Source of the DNA: an uncultured Gammaproteobacteria bacterium | GTDB lineage: Bacteria > Patescibacteriota > Microgenomatia > Levybacterales > GWA1-39-11 | Length of the DNA stretch: 64,000 nucleotides | Assembly (NCBI GenBank): GCA_964627245.1 | Contig: CAZVGS010000004.1 | Location: 22,806 to 86,805 of the forward strand | Direction of reading: 5' to 3' | In this document: piece after piece, positions 46,114 to 56,066 of the stretch | Position numbering within the stretch: position 1 is the first letter of the stretch | Layout: each line of letters starts with the position of its first letter | Notes under the pieces: model-generated | Databases searched by the model: none | What the model was told of the DNA's origin: nothing | Seen by the model: the letters and a program-made list of their open reading frames with translations, nothing else | Made by a program: the position numbers and the translations under genes

Positions 46114-46240
46114 GTGGCGGGTCCTGTCTCAGCCCGTCCCATTTGCGCGCCGTCTCGCCCGCTCTGCTTACAAAAAAATATTGTTCGTTTGCTCGAGATG
46201 TTCAATGGGACCCTGGACTGAGCCACCCGCATTGGTTTTG
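46114..46240 (+). ncRNA. GC-rich structured element (candidate small RNA, rnj leader element or strong terminator) between Lon-like gene and rnj
   Basis: About 65% GC in a ~37% GC genome. 5' GGTGGCGGGTCC pairs with 3' GGGACCC...GCCACC. The interior is AT-rich. No convincing ORF. Confidence 0.35.
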
Positions 46241-46280
46241 AGATTTGAGTTGTGAGTTTTATGCAATATAATTAAGTCAA

Positions 46281-47960
46281 ATGGAAAGTAATAATAATGC
46301 AAGTCCGCTTAACTCCGTAACGGTTCTGCCGTTAGGAGGTATAGGGTCGGTTACCAAGAATATGTATTTATATATTTTTGGCAACGAAATACTAATCGTC
46401 GATTGTGGAATGGGTTTTCCCGATGCCAATACACCCGGTGTAGACTTTCTAATTCCTGACATAACGCATCTTAAGAAATTGGTTACGCAAGGCAAAAAAA
46501 TTGTGGGTCTTTTACTTACTCACGGGCACGAAGATCATATAGGAGGCGTTCCTTTCGTTCTTGACCAGCTCCCAAGTTTTCCTATATATGCAACCCCCCT
46601 GACAGCGGCATTTACAAATGAAAAATTGAAAGATTTTGGGCTTAATCAGCGGGTTGTTGAGGTTAAATTCAAGAAGGATTTTAGGCTTGGTGCATTTATG
46701 GTCCGATTTTTGCATATCACGCATAGTGTCATGGATACTTCAAATATTTTTATAAAAACCCCTGTTGGTAACTTTTATCACGGCAGTGACTATAAATTTG
46801 ACCTAACACCTCCCGATGATAAGCCGACAGATATGCATGGGATAGCAGAAACAGCACGAGAGGGAGTAATGTGCATGATGTCTGACTGCCTGGGAGCAGA
46901 ACGCGAAGGGCATAGTAAATCCGAGCGAAAAATTACCGATAAATTTGAAGAAGAGATGAGAAGGTCTAAGGGAAAGGTTTTTATAAGTACCTATTCTTCA
47001 AATATTTCACGCATGAACCAAGCCATCGAGGCCGCAATAAAATTTAATAGAAAAGTGTGCTTTATGGGAAGATCTTTTGCAAAGGCGAGGGATATCGGTA
47101 GGCAATTGGGGTATATGAAACTGCCTCAAAATATGGAAATAAAGTCCCAGCAGGCAGGATCAATGGATCCGTCAAAAGTAATGATCTTAATTCCCGGGAG
47201 TCAGGCACAAGAAGAGTCTGCTCTTGTCAGAGTTGCAAATGATAATGACCGGGATCTTAGAATTGAGAAAAACGACACTGTTATTTTTTCAGCGGATCCA
47301 ATACCCGGGAATGAAGTAAATATTTATAGTCTGATTGATACTATTTCAAAAAAAGGCGCCCGTGTTATACATTCCGACATGTCAGATGAATTTCATGTGT
47401 CAGGTCATGGATCTCAAAATGACATAAAACTTCTTGCAACTTTGACAAGACCAAGATACGCATTTCCAATAGGCGGAAATTACCGTCACATGCTGGCGTT
47501 CAAAGGATTGATGAGGGACCTTGGAATGCGTGAGCAGGATATAGTTCTTCCTGAATACGGACAGGAAGTCGTTTTTTTCAAAGGCTCTTTCCGCTATGGA
47601 GCAAAAATTCCTTTGGCAACTGTTTATGTAGATGAGATAACAGGCGAGGAGATGGAAAAATTTGTGCTTTTGGACCGCCAAAAGATAGTAAAAGAAGGAA
47701 TAATGATAATTATGGTTGAGGTAGAGGCTGATAGTGGAAAGATTGTTGAGAAGCCTGATGTTATTGTCAGAGGCGTTGCTTTTCCCGAGAAGGATGGGTT
47801 TGTTGAAAAGTTGGGTAGTGAGTTGAGCCGAAGCATGTCTCAAAAGAGTGGTAGGGCCAATTCTGCTCTTTACAGAAAGACTATCCAAAGAACGGCAGAA
47901 AATCTTTTGTACAAAATGAAGCGCGAACCCCTAGTTATCCCTGTTGTTATTGAAGTGTAG
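46281..47960 (+). CDS. rnj: ribonuclease J (metallo-beta-lactamase / beta-CASP RNase)
   Basis: LLTHGHEDHIGGVPF motif. Beta-CASP motifs. C-terminal domain. 559 aa. Confidence 0.9.
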   Translation: MESNNNASPLNSVTVLPLGGIGSVTKNMYLYIFGNEILIVDCGMGFPDANTPGVDFLIPDITHLKKLVTQGKKIVGLLLTHGHEDHIGGVPFVLDQLPSFPIYATPLTAAFTNEKLKDFGLNQRVVEVKFKKDFRLGAFMVRFLHITHSVMDTSNIFIKTPVGNFYHGSDYKFDLTPPDDKPTDMHGIAETAREGVMCMMSDCLGAEREGHSKSERKITDKFEEEMRRSKGKVFISTYSSNISRMNQAIEAAIKFNRKVCFMGRSFAKARDIGRQLGYMKLPQNMEIKSQQAGSMDPSKVMILIPGSQAQEESALVRVANDNDRDLRIEKNDTVIFSADPIPGNEVNIYSLIDTISKKGARVIHSDMSDEFHVSGHGSQNDIKLLATLTRPRYAFPIGGNYRHMLAFKGLMRDLGMREQDIVLPEYGQEVVFFKGSFRYGAKIPLATVYVDEITGEEMEKFVLLDRQKIVKEGIMIIMVEVEADSGKIVEKPDVIVRGVAFPEKDGFVEKLGSELSRSMSQKSGRANSALYRKTIQRTAENLLYKMKREPLVIPVVIEV

Positions 47961-49317
47961 GCTTTTGGTGCTACAATTTCTCAAAGTGGTAGAAATTGAA
48001 GTCGAAAACATGAGGCATTCGGATGCACTTTCCGCGGAATACCTCTCCTCTAGAAGAATCCGAGTTTCTCTTAATGTTTTTGGAGCATTGCATGCGGGAA
48101 TTCCAGGTCCCGACCTGAAAGAAACTGTTGGAAATTCTACTTCAGTCTCTTTTGAATTACCATCAATTGTTGTTGCCTCTTTTCAAGAAGGAGAGATGAC
48201 TCAGGCGGATAACAATCCCTTTTGGAGAGATCTTTTGTCACTTAATGAAAACGCTGTTGGAGTAAATGATAATAGACCAGCAACTATCGGTATTCGAGTT
48301 GTGGATGATAGAGTCAAAAAAGAACACACTGTGCCGAGAAATTTTCCGGATACTGTTGTAAGCAGTAGGGCCTTAGCAGCCAGAGACATCGCAAGGGGAA
48401 CAATTACATCTAGTGAGTTTATAGATCAACTTAGGGTTCAGGATAAAGGGTTTGGGCAAGCATACCCTTCGAGAGCCTATCTTATGGAAGATGGAAAGGA
48501 ATTTTATGTCAATGTTAACCGTCCAATTGAAAATGATTTATTGTCAGCCCTTTATGTAAGCGGGAGATATATGCTACCTGTTGAATATTATTTGACTCGC
48601 GGCGAGGAAATTTTTGGAAGTAATATCGGTGGTTTGCATGGCATAGAGATTGCGCAAATTGCGATGAGTCATCTGATACGAACCCAGGTAGATAGGGTAC
48701 AAATAAAATCTATGCTTAAGAATCTTCGAAGGGTTGTACGAGACACGCAGGATGGAGGTCATGTAGTGCATACACATGTAGGAGGAGCGACTCACAATCT
48801 CAACCTCTTATCCATTTTAGAAAACGTGGTTGGAGAAAACGCGCAAATACAAATTCATGACCTGCGAGATAGTAGAATGCCAGATCTGGTGCCTGATAGA
48901 CTTACCATTTTTGAAAGGTACGCAAAGGCAAAAGACGTATTGGATGCAGTAAAAATAATTGACGGTCAGGTTCTTGTTGATGTTGAAAGCACCGACAGAA
49001 TCTTAAAACAGGTTGTGTCTGATAATTTTGATGTATTGATGGCTTTTGGTGAAAGGGAATTAGCTGCCAGAGATTATGAAACAGCAGTCCCAAAGTCTGA
49101 TAACAGCGCCGAGATCGAGTATTTTGTAATACGCTCACTTTTATGGATGATAGATCCGGAAGACATTCGATTAATTGGAAAAGTAGACAGAGAATATCCG
49201 GAAAAACTAGCAGCATTTATTTTAAGAAAACATCCGGATAAAAAAGAAAAAGTCATTGAAACCATGACGAAATATGTATCAAGACAAAGCAATTTTCCAC
49301 TAGATGATAGTGAGTAG
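47944..49317 (+). CDS. hypothetical protein (compositionally atypical, Arg/Val/Asp/Gly-rich); probable start at 48010
   Basis: Long ORF with visibly higher GC and different amino-acid usage than its neighbours. No motif recognised. Confidence 0.5.
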   Translation: MLLKCRLLVLQFLKVVEIEVENMRHSDALSAEYLSSRRIRVSLNVFGALHAGIPGPDLKETVGNSTSVSFELPSIVVASFQEGEMTQADNNPFWRDLLSLNENAVGVNDNRPATIGIRVVDDRVKKEHTVPRNFPDTVVSSRALAARDIARGTITSSEFIDQLRVQDKGFGQAYPSRAYLMEDGKEFYVNVNRPIENDLLSALYVSGRYMLPVEYYLTRGEEIFGSNIGGLHGIEIAQIAMSHLIRTQVDRVQIKSMLKNLRRVVRDTQDGGHVVHTHVGGATHNLNLLSILENVVGENAQIQIHDLRDSRMPDLVPDRLTIFERYAKAKDVLDAVKIIDGQVLVDVESTDRILKQVVSDNFDVLMAFGERELAARDYETAVPKSDNSAEIEYFVIRSLLWMIDPEDIRLIGKVDREYPEKLAAFILRKHPDKKEKVIETMTKYVSRQSNFPLDDSE

Positions 49318-49340
49318 TTGTAGTATAGGTGGGGCAAGTT

Positions 49341-49691
49341 TTAACCTCTGAATTTGGATCTAATTCCTTGAATGACCGCATCTGCTTTTGCCTTAAATCT
49401 CGCGTTAGAAAAAGAACCGTTTACCTCACTCATCATCTCTCGCCATAGTGCACTTCCTCCCGCATCTTGCGGACGTGCTATTTTTTCTTTTAAAAAATTA
49501 AGGTCCTCTTGGGAAAGCTCGAGAACAGGATTGTCAGGAAGATTTTCGTGATCTTCAAATTGGTCAAGCATGGCGCCCATGAGTTTTCCAATTCTTGAAG
49601 AGCTGTGAAATTTTGAAAGTCCTTTGAAGGATCCATCTTGTCTTAGTGCATCCAATTCTGCTTGGTACGAAGGCCGTAGGCCTTCTGCCAA
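49341..49691 (-). CDS. hypothetical protein (116 aa), convergent partner in the same atypical-composition island
   Basis: ORF with elevated GC. No recognisable domain. Confidence 0.4.
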   Translation of the reverse strand: MAEGLRPSYQAELDALRQDGSFKGLSKFHSSSRIGKLMGAMLDQFEDHENLPDNPVLELSQEDLNFLKEKIARPQDAGGSALWREMMSEVNGSFSNARFKAKADAVIQGIRSKFRG

Positions 49692-49878
49692 ATAAGAAAA
49701 AACAGGCGTCTTAAGCCTACAGGATAAGTGGTTTCTTGCACAGGTTCTATATCAGGCGAATTCTCCGGTCCATCCATAAGTTAATAATATACCTTTTTAA
49801 AATGAGTAAACAATGAGAAAAACTAGCGTATCCCTCCTTGTTTCATCAGCTCTAAATACATTACAATGAAATAAGTTT

Positions 49879-51585
49879 ATGGATACTGCTCGTCCATCTC
49901 TTTCTTGTGCCTACTTCTCCATGGAATTTATGCTGGAGTCGGATATCCCGACATATGCGGGAGGCCTTGGGGTATTGGCAGGGGATCTGATGCGCTCATG
50001 TGCTGACCTGCGCGAGCCAGTTGTTGGAGTTTCGTTAGTATATTCAGACACTATTTACAGGCAAGTAATTACTTCGGAGGGAGAGCAGGACTATGAGGCG
50101 CTTCTTTGGCATAAAAATGACCAGCTAACTAAATTGCCGAATAGAATAGAACTTACTATCCGCGGAGAGAAAGTAATAGTCGGGTTGTGGCGCTATGATA
50201 TTACGGGAATTGACGGATTTGTAGTCCCTGTTTATTTACTTGATACTGATTTTTTAGATAATTCTTTCTATGCACGAAGTCTTACTCAAAATTTATATTC
50301 TGGTGACTTGAGGCTTGATCAGGAAGTTTTGCTGGGTATTGGCGGAGTCAAGATGTTACGAGCACTTGGGTATCACGATGTAAAAACTTTCCATATGAAT
50401 GAGGGTCACGCATCTTTTGTGCCTTTAGGCTTGCTTCCTGAAAAGAATTTTTCTGATGAGGATGTAAAAAAACTTTGCGTTTTTACTACGCATACTCCAA
50501 TTCCTGAGGGACATGATAAATTTTCATATGATCATGCGCATAAAGTTGCGGGAGACATCCTTCCATGGCACATTCAGGATTTGGCTTCAAAAGAGGAGCT
50601 TCATATGACCAAATTAGGCATGAGTCTATCAAAATATATTTTTGGAGTAAGTCAAAAGCACGGAAAGGTATCTCAGCAAATGTTTCCTCAATACAAAATC
50701 GGCTCTATAACAAATGGGGTTCATCACAGGACTTGGATAGGGACCGAGCTTGCAAATTTATATGATAAATATTTACCCGAATGGATTCATGATCCAAATG
50801 TTTTGAAAGATACAATAGGGGTAATTCCGGATGAGGAATTATGGAAAGCTCATCAGGAAGAAAAAGCAATACTTCTTGACCACGTCAACAACCACCTAAC
50901 TTCAATTTTAAGTGATGAGGAGAAAGACAATCCTCCGGAACACATACAATTTGAGCAGGATACTTTGACCATTTCACTTGCTCGCCGCCTCGTGCCATAC
51001 AAAAGGCCATTGTTGATTTACTCAGACATTGAGAGATTACTTAAAATCGGTGAGGGCAAATTGCAGATCATCCAGTGCGGCAGGGCAGCCCCTGGGGACG
51101 AGTCGGCAAAGGGAATTGTCGGACAAATTATAGACATATCAAAAAAATTACGCGGGAAAATCCACGTGTGTTATTTGGAGAATTATTCACCTCTTTTAGC
51201 AAGGCAGTTAGTGCGCGGGTCTGATCTATGGCTAAATACTCCAACAAGACCCTTAGAGGCGTCTGGAACGTCTGGCATGAAAGCTGCCATGAATGGAGTT
51301 TTGAATTTTTCTGTACTTGATGGATGGTGGATTGAAGGATATCAGATGGACAGTGAGGCGGGATTTTCGATAGGACCAAATGATGAGAGTTTGCATCCGC
51401 AAAATGATGATAAGCAGGATATTGATGATATGTACAATAAGCTTGAGAACGAGATAATTCCTCTTTACTACAATAATAAAAAAGATTGGATATTACGCAT
51501 GAAGCACGCAATAACCCTCGGCGCCTACTTTAATACACATAGGTGCATTAAAGAATACAAAGAAAAAGCGTGGAATAAAAATTAA
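49879..51585 (+). CDS. glgP: alpha-glucan (glycogen/maltodextrin) phosphorylase, short GT35 form
   Basis: N-terminal SCAYFSMEFMLESDIPTYAGGLGVLAGD. EASGTSGMKAAMNGVLNFSVLDGWW pyridoxal-phosphate region. Confidence 0.85.
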   Translation: MDTARPSLSCAYFSMEFMLESDIPTYAGGLGVLAGDLMRSCADLREPVVGVSLVYSDTIYRQVITSEGEQDYEALLWHKNDQLTKLPNRIELTIRGEKVIVGLWRYDITGIDGFVVPVYLLDTDFLDNSFYARSLTQNLYSGDLRLDQEVLLGIGGVKMLRALGYHDVKTFHMNEGHASFVPLGLLPEKNFSDEDVKKLCVFTTHTPIPEGHDKFSYDHAHKVAGDILPWHIQDLASKEELHMTKLGMSLSKYIFGVSQKHGKVSQQMFPQYKIGSITNGVHHRTWIGTELANLYDKYLPEWIHDPNVLKDTIGVIPDEELWKAHQEEKAILLDHVNNHLTSILSDEEKDNPPEHIQFEQDTLTISLARRLVPYKRPLLIYSDIERLLKIGEGKLQIIQCGRAAPGDESAKGIVGQIIDISKKLRGKIHVCYLENYSPLLARQLVRGSDLWLNTPTRPLEASGTSGMKAAMNGVLNFSVLDGWWIEGYQMDSEAGFSIGPNDESLHPQNDDKQDIDDMYNKLENEIIPLYYNNKKDWILRMKHAITLGAYFNTHRCIKEYKEKAWNKN

Positions 51586-51697
51586 CAGTTGGGAGTCAGG
51601 AGTTGGTATTCATGCCTTTCCGCGTAACTTGATAATCGCCTCAAATTTAACTATTATAGTAGAATGATAATTGCCTTAAAATAGGGTTATTTTTAAT

Positions 51698-53875
51698 ATG
51701 GCAAAGAAAAGAAAAACTAAAAAAAGAGGCTCTTACAAAAGAAGAAGCTCGGGATTTAAGCTCAAGAAGGGTACTGTCTATACACTATCGGCAGTAAGTC
51801 TTGTTTTTACTGCAATTGCCTGTGCTTTGTCATACACAAGAAGCGGGAGCGCTTTTATCTCAGTTAACGATTTGTTGATAAATTTCTTCGGCTTTTTCTC
51901 ATTTTTGATACCGATTGTCTGTGTGTTGGTGGCATTATTTATACTTCAAATGAAAAACAGCCTTTCCCGCCCGAATATTTCGATCGGATTTATTGTCTTT
52001 ACAATTTCTGTTCTTGGGCTTTTTCAAAGCGGGATGGTTGGTCATGACCTTTTCTTTTACATGTCGTCCTTAACGGGAACTCTTTTATCAGTTATGATTT
52101 TTGCGTTGGGTATTTTTATTGGATTTGTAATATGTATGAATTTGTCATTTACCGAGATAGGAATGTTTTTATTTGATAGCATTAAAAATGCCAGCGGAGG
52201 TTTGGGTAAGGCAACCGTACCACTGCTTAAGACAAAAGATAAATTTGCAACTGAGATGAGGGAAATGAAAATTAAGGGTATTGATGACGATGTCAAAATT
52301 TCGGAAGCAAAAATTGAAACAGCTGCACCCGCAAAATCTGCGGCTCCATCTACTCCTCTTTCTAAAAAAGGCGTATTACCTGAGGAGATGATATTGAATA
52401 AACCTTTGGAAATGGGGATGTGGGAGTACCCTCCTTTTTCACTTTTGACAGAAAATAAAGACAGGAAAAGAGATACAGGGGATGTTAAGAGGATTGCTGC
52501 AGAAATTGAAAAAACACTTCACGATTTCAATGTCAAAGCACAGGTTGCTGAAATAAATGTTGGCCCTTCAGTTACACAATACGCAATAAGAATTCCTTCA
52601 GGGACCAAATTAAGCAGAATTACATCACTTTCCAATGACCTGGCTTTGGCAACCGAGGCTCCCGGTGGACAGATAAGAATTGAGGCGCCAATTCCCGGAA
52701 GAAACTTGGTGGGTATAGAGATTCCGAATAAGTCACTCGAATTTGTAGCTTTAAGAACCATGCTTGAGTCAAAAAGGATGCAGGAAGCAAAATCAAAACT
52801 CGTTGTGCCGTTGGGGCTTAATGTGTCCGGAGATCCTGTCGTTGCGGATATTTCAAAGATGCCTCACGTATTAATTGCGGGTACAACAGGTTCGGGAAAA
52901 TCCGTTATGGTTAATGCTTTTATTACGTCAATTTTGTTCCGTGCATCTCCCTCCGAAGTGAAATTTATCATGATCGATCCTAAAAGGGTTGAGCTGACAG
53001 GTTATAATGATATTCCACACCTTTTGTCCCCTGTTATAGTTGAGGCTGATCAGTCTGTGAGCGCTTTGAAATGGGCTCTTAAGGAAATGGATAAAAGGTA
53101 TACGAAATTTGCTGAGGCCGGGGTTAAGAATATTGATGGGTACAATGAATTGGCAGGCTTTCAGGCGATTCCATATATCGTGATAGTCATGGATGAGCTG
53201 GCTGACCTTATGGCTCTGGCTCCAGTTGAGGTTGAGGACAGCATCGCGCGTCTTGCTCAAATGGCAAGAGCCACAGGAATTCATCTTGTTTTGGCAACGC
53301 AAAGGCCTTCGGTAGATGTTATAACCGGACTTATCAAAGCTAATATTCCATGTAGAATTGCTTTCAATGTTTCATCAGGAATTGACTCAAAAGTTATAAT
53401 CGACGGTCCCGGAGCGGAAAAGCTTTTGGGAAAAGGAGATATGCTCTACGTTCCTCCGGATCAGGCAAAACCTACAAGAATTCAAGGAACATTTGTTAGT
53501 GACCAGGACGTAAAAAGACTAACAAACTTCATTAAGTCAAAGGGAATACCTGTAGAGTACACACAAGAAGTTGTTCAGCAGGCGGTCAATATCAAAGGCA
53601 GAGGCGGAGTATTATCCACTGATGGAGGGGGGGATGGAGGACGCGATGATTTGTTTGAGAGTACCGTCAGAATGATTTCTCAGCACGACAGGGCATCGGC
53701 CTCTCTTATTCAAAGAAGACTTCAAGTTGGTTTCAACAGAGCTGCCAGGCTATTAGAGCAGCTCGAAGAAGCGGGCGTTGTCGGACCTGCCGATGGATCA
53801 AAACCTAGGGATGTATTGGTTAGAAATGCGGATGAGTTTCTTAACGGCCCCACAACAATCGAATCCGTTGAATAA
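51698..53875 (+). CDS. ftsK: DNA translocase FtsK/SpoIIIE
   Basis: Four N-terminal TMs and a linker. Motor with Walker A AGTTGSGKSV and Walker B. C-terminal winged-helix gamma domain RASASLIQRRLQVGFNRAARLLEQLEEAGVVGP. Confidence 0.9.
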   Translation: MAKKRKTKKRGSYKRRSSGFKLKKGTVYTLSAVSLVFTAIACALSYTRSGSAFISVNDLLINFFGFFSFLIPIVCVLVALFILQMKNSLSRPNISIGFIVFTISVLGLFQSGMVGHDLFFYMSSLTGTLLSVMIFALGIFIGFVICMNLSFTEIGMFLFDSIKNASGGLGKATVPLLKTKDKFATEMREMKIKGIDDDVKISEAKIETAAPAKSAAPSTPLSKKGVLPEEMILNKPLEMGMWEYPPFSLLTENKDRKRDTGDVKRIAAEIEKTLHDFNVKAQVAEINVGPSVTQYAIRIPSGTKLSRITSLSNDLALATEAPGGQIRIEAPIPGRNLVGIEIPNKSLEFVALRTMLESKRMQEAKSKLVVPLGLNVSGDPVVADISKMPHVLIAGTTGSGKSVMVNAFITSILFRASPSEVKFIMIDPKRVELTGYNDIPHLLSPVIVEADQSVSALKWALKEMDKRYTKFAEAGVKNIDGYNELAGFQAIPYIVIVMDELADLMALAPVEVEDSIARLAQMARATGIHLVLATQRPSVDVITGLIKANIPCRIAFNVSSGIDSKVIIDGPGAEKLLGKGDMLYVPPDQAKPTRIQGTFVSDQDVKRLTNFIKSKGIPVEYTQEVVQQAVNIKGRGGVLSTDGGGDGGRDDLFESTVRMISQHDRASASLIQRRLQVGFNRAARLLEQLEEAGVVGPADGSKPRDVLVRNADEFLNGPTTIESVE

Positions 53876-53895
53876 ATATTTTACTTTTCAATCTT

Positions 53896-54522
53896 ATGCG
53901 CAGGATCTCGGAAATTTTACAGGATAAGAGACTAGAGTTAGGGTATTCTCTGGAGCATGTTGTGAAGGTTACAAAAATAAGAAAAGAATACTTGATTGCA
54001 ATTGAAGACGGTAGATATAATGCGCTTCCGTCGGAAAGTTATGCATTGGGTTTTATTAAAAATTACGCATCATATCTTGGGATCGACAAAAATAAAGCCT
54101 CAGCTCTTTTTAGAAGGGAGTATGAAGGGTCAAAAGGGAAAGTCATTCCATCATTTGCTGCGAAAGGTAAGAATATTAGAAAAGTAGTTCTTCTTACACC
54201 CAGAAATATCATAATTTCTTTGGTAATTTTTGTGGTTCTTGGATATATCGCATTTCAATACAATTCATTCTTTTTTGGTCCAAGACTTGAGGTTATTTCT
54301 CCCAAAGAAAATGTTGTTGTCAAAAATAATATTCTTGATGTTGAGGGAAAGACCGATCCTTACGCGACAGTTCTTATCAATAGCGAAGAGTCTTATGTAG
54401 CGCTTGACGGAACTTTCAAAAAAACGATTTATTTATTTGAAGGTGAGAGACAAATCATAATAGATGCCAAAAACCGGTATGGTAAAAACACCCGAAAAAC
54501 TGTGAATGTTAAAGTGCGTTGA
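53896..54522 (+). CDS. rodZ: RodZ-like cytoskeleton protein (XRE-type HTH + TM + C-terminal domain)
   Basis: HTH LGYSLEHVVKVTKIRKEYLIAIEDGRYNALPSESYALGFIKNYASYLGID. A single TM follows. Confidence 0.65.
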   Translation: MRRISEILQDKRLELGYSLEHVVKVTKIRKEYLIAIEDGRYNALPSESYALGFIKNYASYLGIDKNKASALFRREYEGSKGKVIPSFAAKGKNIRKVVLLTPRNIIISLVIFVVLGYIAFQYNSFFFGPRLEVISPKENVVVKNNILDVEGKTDPYATVLINSEESYVALDGTFKKTIYLFEGERQIIIDAKNRYGKNTRKTVNVKVR

Positions 54523-54633
54523 TGGTTAAGGTTTGTACTGATTTGAGCAGGTATGAATATCTTGATTTTGAATTTTTCACATGTTAGGCTGATAAACTAC
54601 CAGGATTAATAAAAAGATTTTGGCAGGATTAAT

Positions 54634-54897
54634 ATGATAGATACTGTCCAAGCTGTTCTTCTTTTCGTAATTGTTCTGCTTACTATTCTTTTCGTTGTTC
54701 TTGGGGTTCAGGTTTTCTATATTCTACGGGATTTGCGCCAGACAATCAGGCGCACAAATAACATTTTAGAAGATGTCGAAAATCTTTCAGAAGGGATGTC
54801 GAATTCATTTGAATCGGTTTCGGGAATTTTTGGCGGTGCATCAACATTTAAGTCTGTGGTGAATCTAATTTCTATGTTTCGAAAAAAGAAGGAGTAG
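54634..54897 (+). CDS. small DUF948-like membrane protein
   Basis: N-terminal TM plus coiled-coil LRDLRQTIRRTNNILEDVENL. From memory of the family. Confidence 0.45.
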   Translation: MIDTVQAVLLFVIVLLTILFVVLGVQVFYILRDLRQTIRRTNNILEDVENLSEGMSNSFESVSGIFGGASTFKSVVNLISMFRKKKE

Positions 54898-54899
54898 GT

Positions 54900-55199
54900 A
54901 TGAATGAAAAAAAAGGACCGAACGGATTTTTGATAGGGCTTTTAATTGGAGGTGCTGTTGGCGCACTTATTAGCACAAAAAAAGGAAGAAAAATACTTAA
55001 AGATATTGCTGATTACGGGCTTGATTATGTGGGAAATACAATTTCAATGGATGATATTGAATCTATATTGAATGAGGAGGAAGAGGAGGAAGTGATGAAA
55101 GGCGAGGTAGAGGCTGAGGAAAATACTGAGACAAAATCACAAAATCATGAAGAACCGTCGCGAAGAAAAAGACTTTTTAAGGGAATTAATCGCAAATAA
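54900..55199 (+). CDS. YtxH-like small protein
   Basis: GFLIGLLIGGAVGALISTKKGRKILKDI matches the YtxH signature. Acidic C-terminus. Confidence 0.5.
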   Translation: MNEKKGPNGFLIGLLIGGAVGALISTKKGRKILKDIADYGLDYVGNTISMDDIESILNEEEEEEVMKGEVEAEENTETKSQNHEEPSRRKRLFKGINRK

Positions 55200-55271
55200 T
55201 TGCAGGTTGAAGAATTTTATTACATGAATTATAGTTATTAAAACTGCTTTGAGCAGTTTTTTTGTATAAAA

Positions 55272-56066
55272 ATGAATTTCACCGATAAGCTGAAAAAAAA
55301 GTGGGATCAAAAGAAATTTGTAAGTATAGGTCTTGATCCGGTTGTTGAAAAACTTCCAAAAGGTGTAAAGAGTTTTTTTGAATTCAATAAAGAAATAATT
55401 GACGCAACATATGACCAGGTTGCGGTCTACAAGCCAAATTCGGCATTTTATGAAGCTGAGGGGGCAAAGGGAATTGAAGAACTAAAAAAAACTACGGACT
55501 ACATAAATAAAAAATATCCCGATAATTTTATACTTTTGGATGCAAAAAGGGCAGATATTGGAAACACAAATAAAGGTTATGTTAAGTATGCATTTGAATA
55601 TTTAGGAGCTGATGCTATAACAGTCCATCCGTATTTAGGACAAGATGCAATAGAGCCCTTTACTCTAAACAAAAATAAAGGTATTTTTGTATTGTGCAGA
55701 ACCTCAAATCCGGGAGCTTCTGAATTCCAGGACTTAGAAGTAAGGGGCGTAACTCTTTATGAGAAAGTAGCTTTTCAATCTGTCAGAAAATGGAATACAA
55801 ATGATAACGTAGGTTTGGTGGTCGGAGCAACATATCCAATAGAATTATCTAAAATCAGAAAGATAGCAAAAGACATACCAATTTTAATTCCAGGCATAGG
55901 AGCTCAGGGCGGAGATTTGGAGGAGTCAGTTAAGGCTGTTGAGAAGAACTTTATAATTAGTGCTTCAAGAAGTATAATTTTCGCGTCGGGTGGTCCCGAT
56001 TTTGCGCAAGCGGCAAGAGCAGAAGTTATCAGGCTTTCTGATGAGATAATCAAACATATTAAATGA
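55272..56066 (+). CDS. pyrF: orotidine 5'-phosphate decarboxylase (type 2)
   Basis: LDAKRADIGNT signature. Confidence 0.85.
   Translation: MNFTDKLKKKWDQKKFVSIGLDPVVEKLPKGVKSFFEFNKEIIDATYDQVAVYKPNSAFYEAEGAKGIEELKKTTDYINKKYPDNFILLDAKRADIGNTNKGYVKYAFEYLGADAITVHPYLGQDAIEPFTLNKNKGIFVLCRTSNPGASEFQDLEVRGVTLYEKVAFQSVRKWNTNDNVGLVVGATYPIELSKIRKIAKDIPILIPGIGAQGGDLEESVKAVEKNFIISASRSIIFASGGPDFAQAARAEVIRLSDEIIKHIK

Noticed and set aside
46114-46240. Possibility that the GC-rich element is a remnant of the missing Lon S16 peptidase domain.
   Set aside because: Translation continuing the Lon frame (VAGPVSARPICAPSRPLCL...) lacks the DGPSAG Ser-Lys dyad context. It is ~100 residues too early relative to where the peptidase domain would begin.
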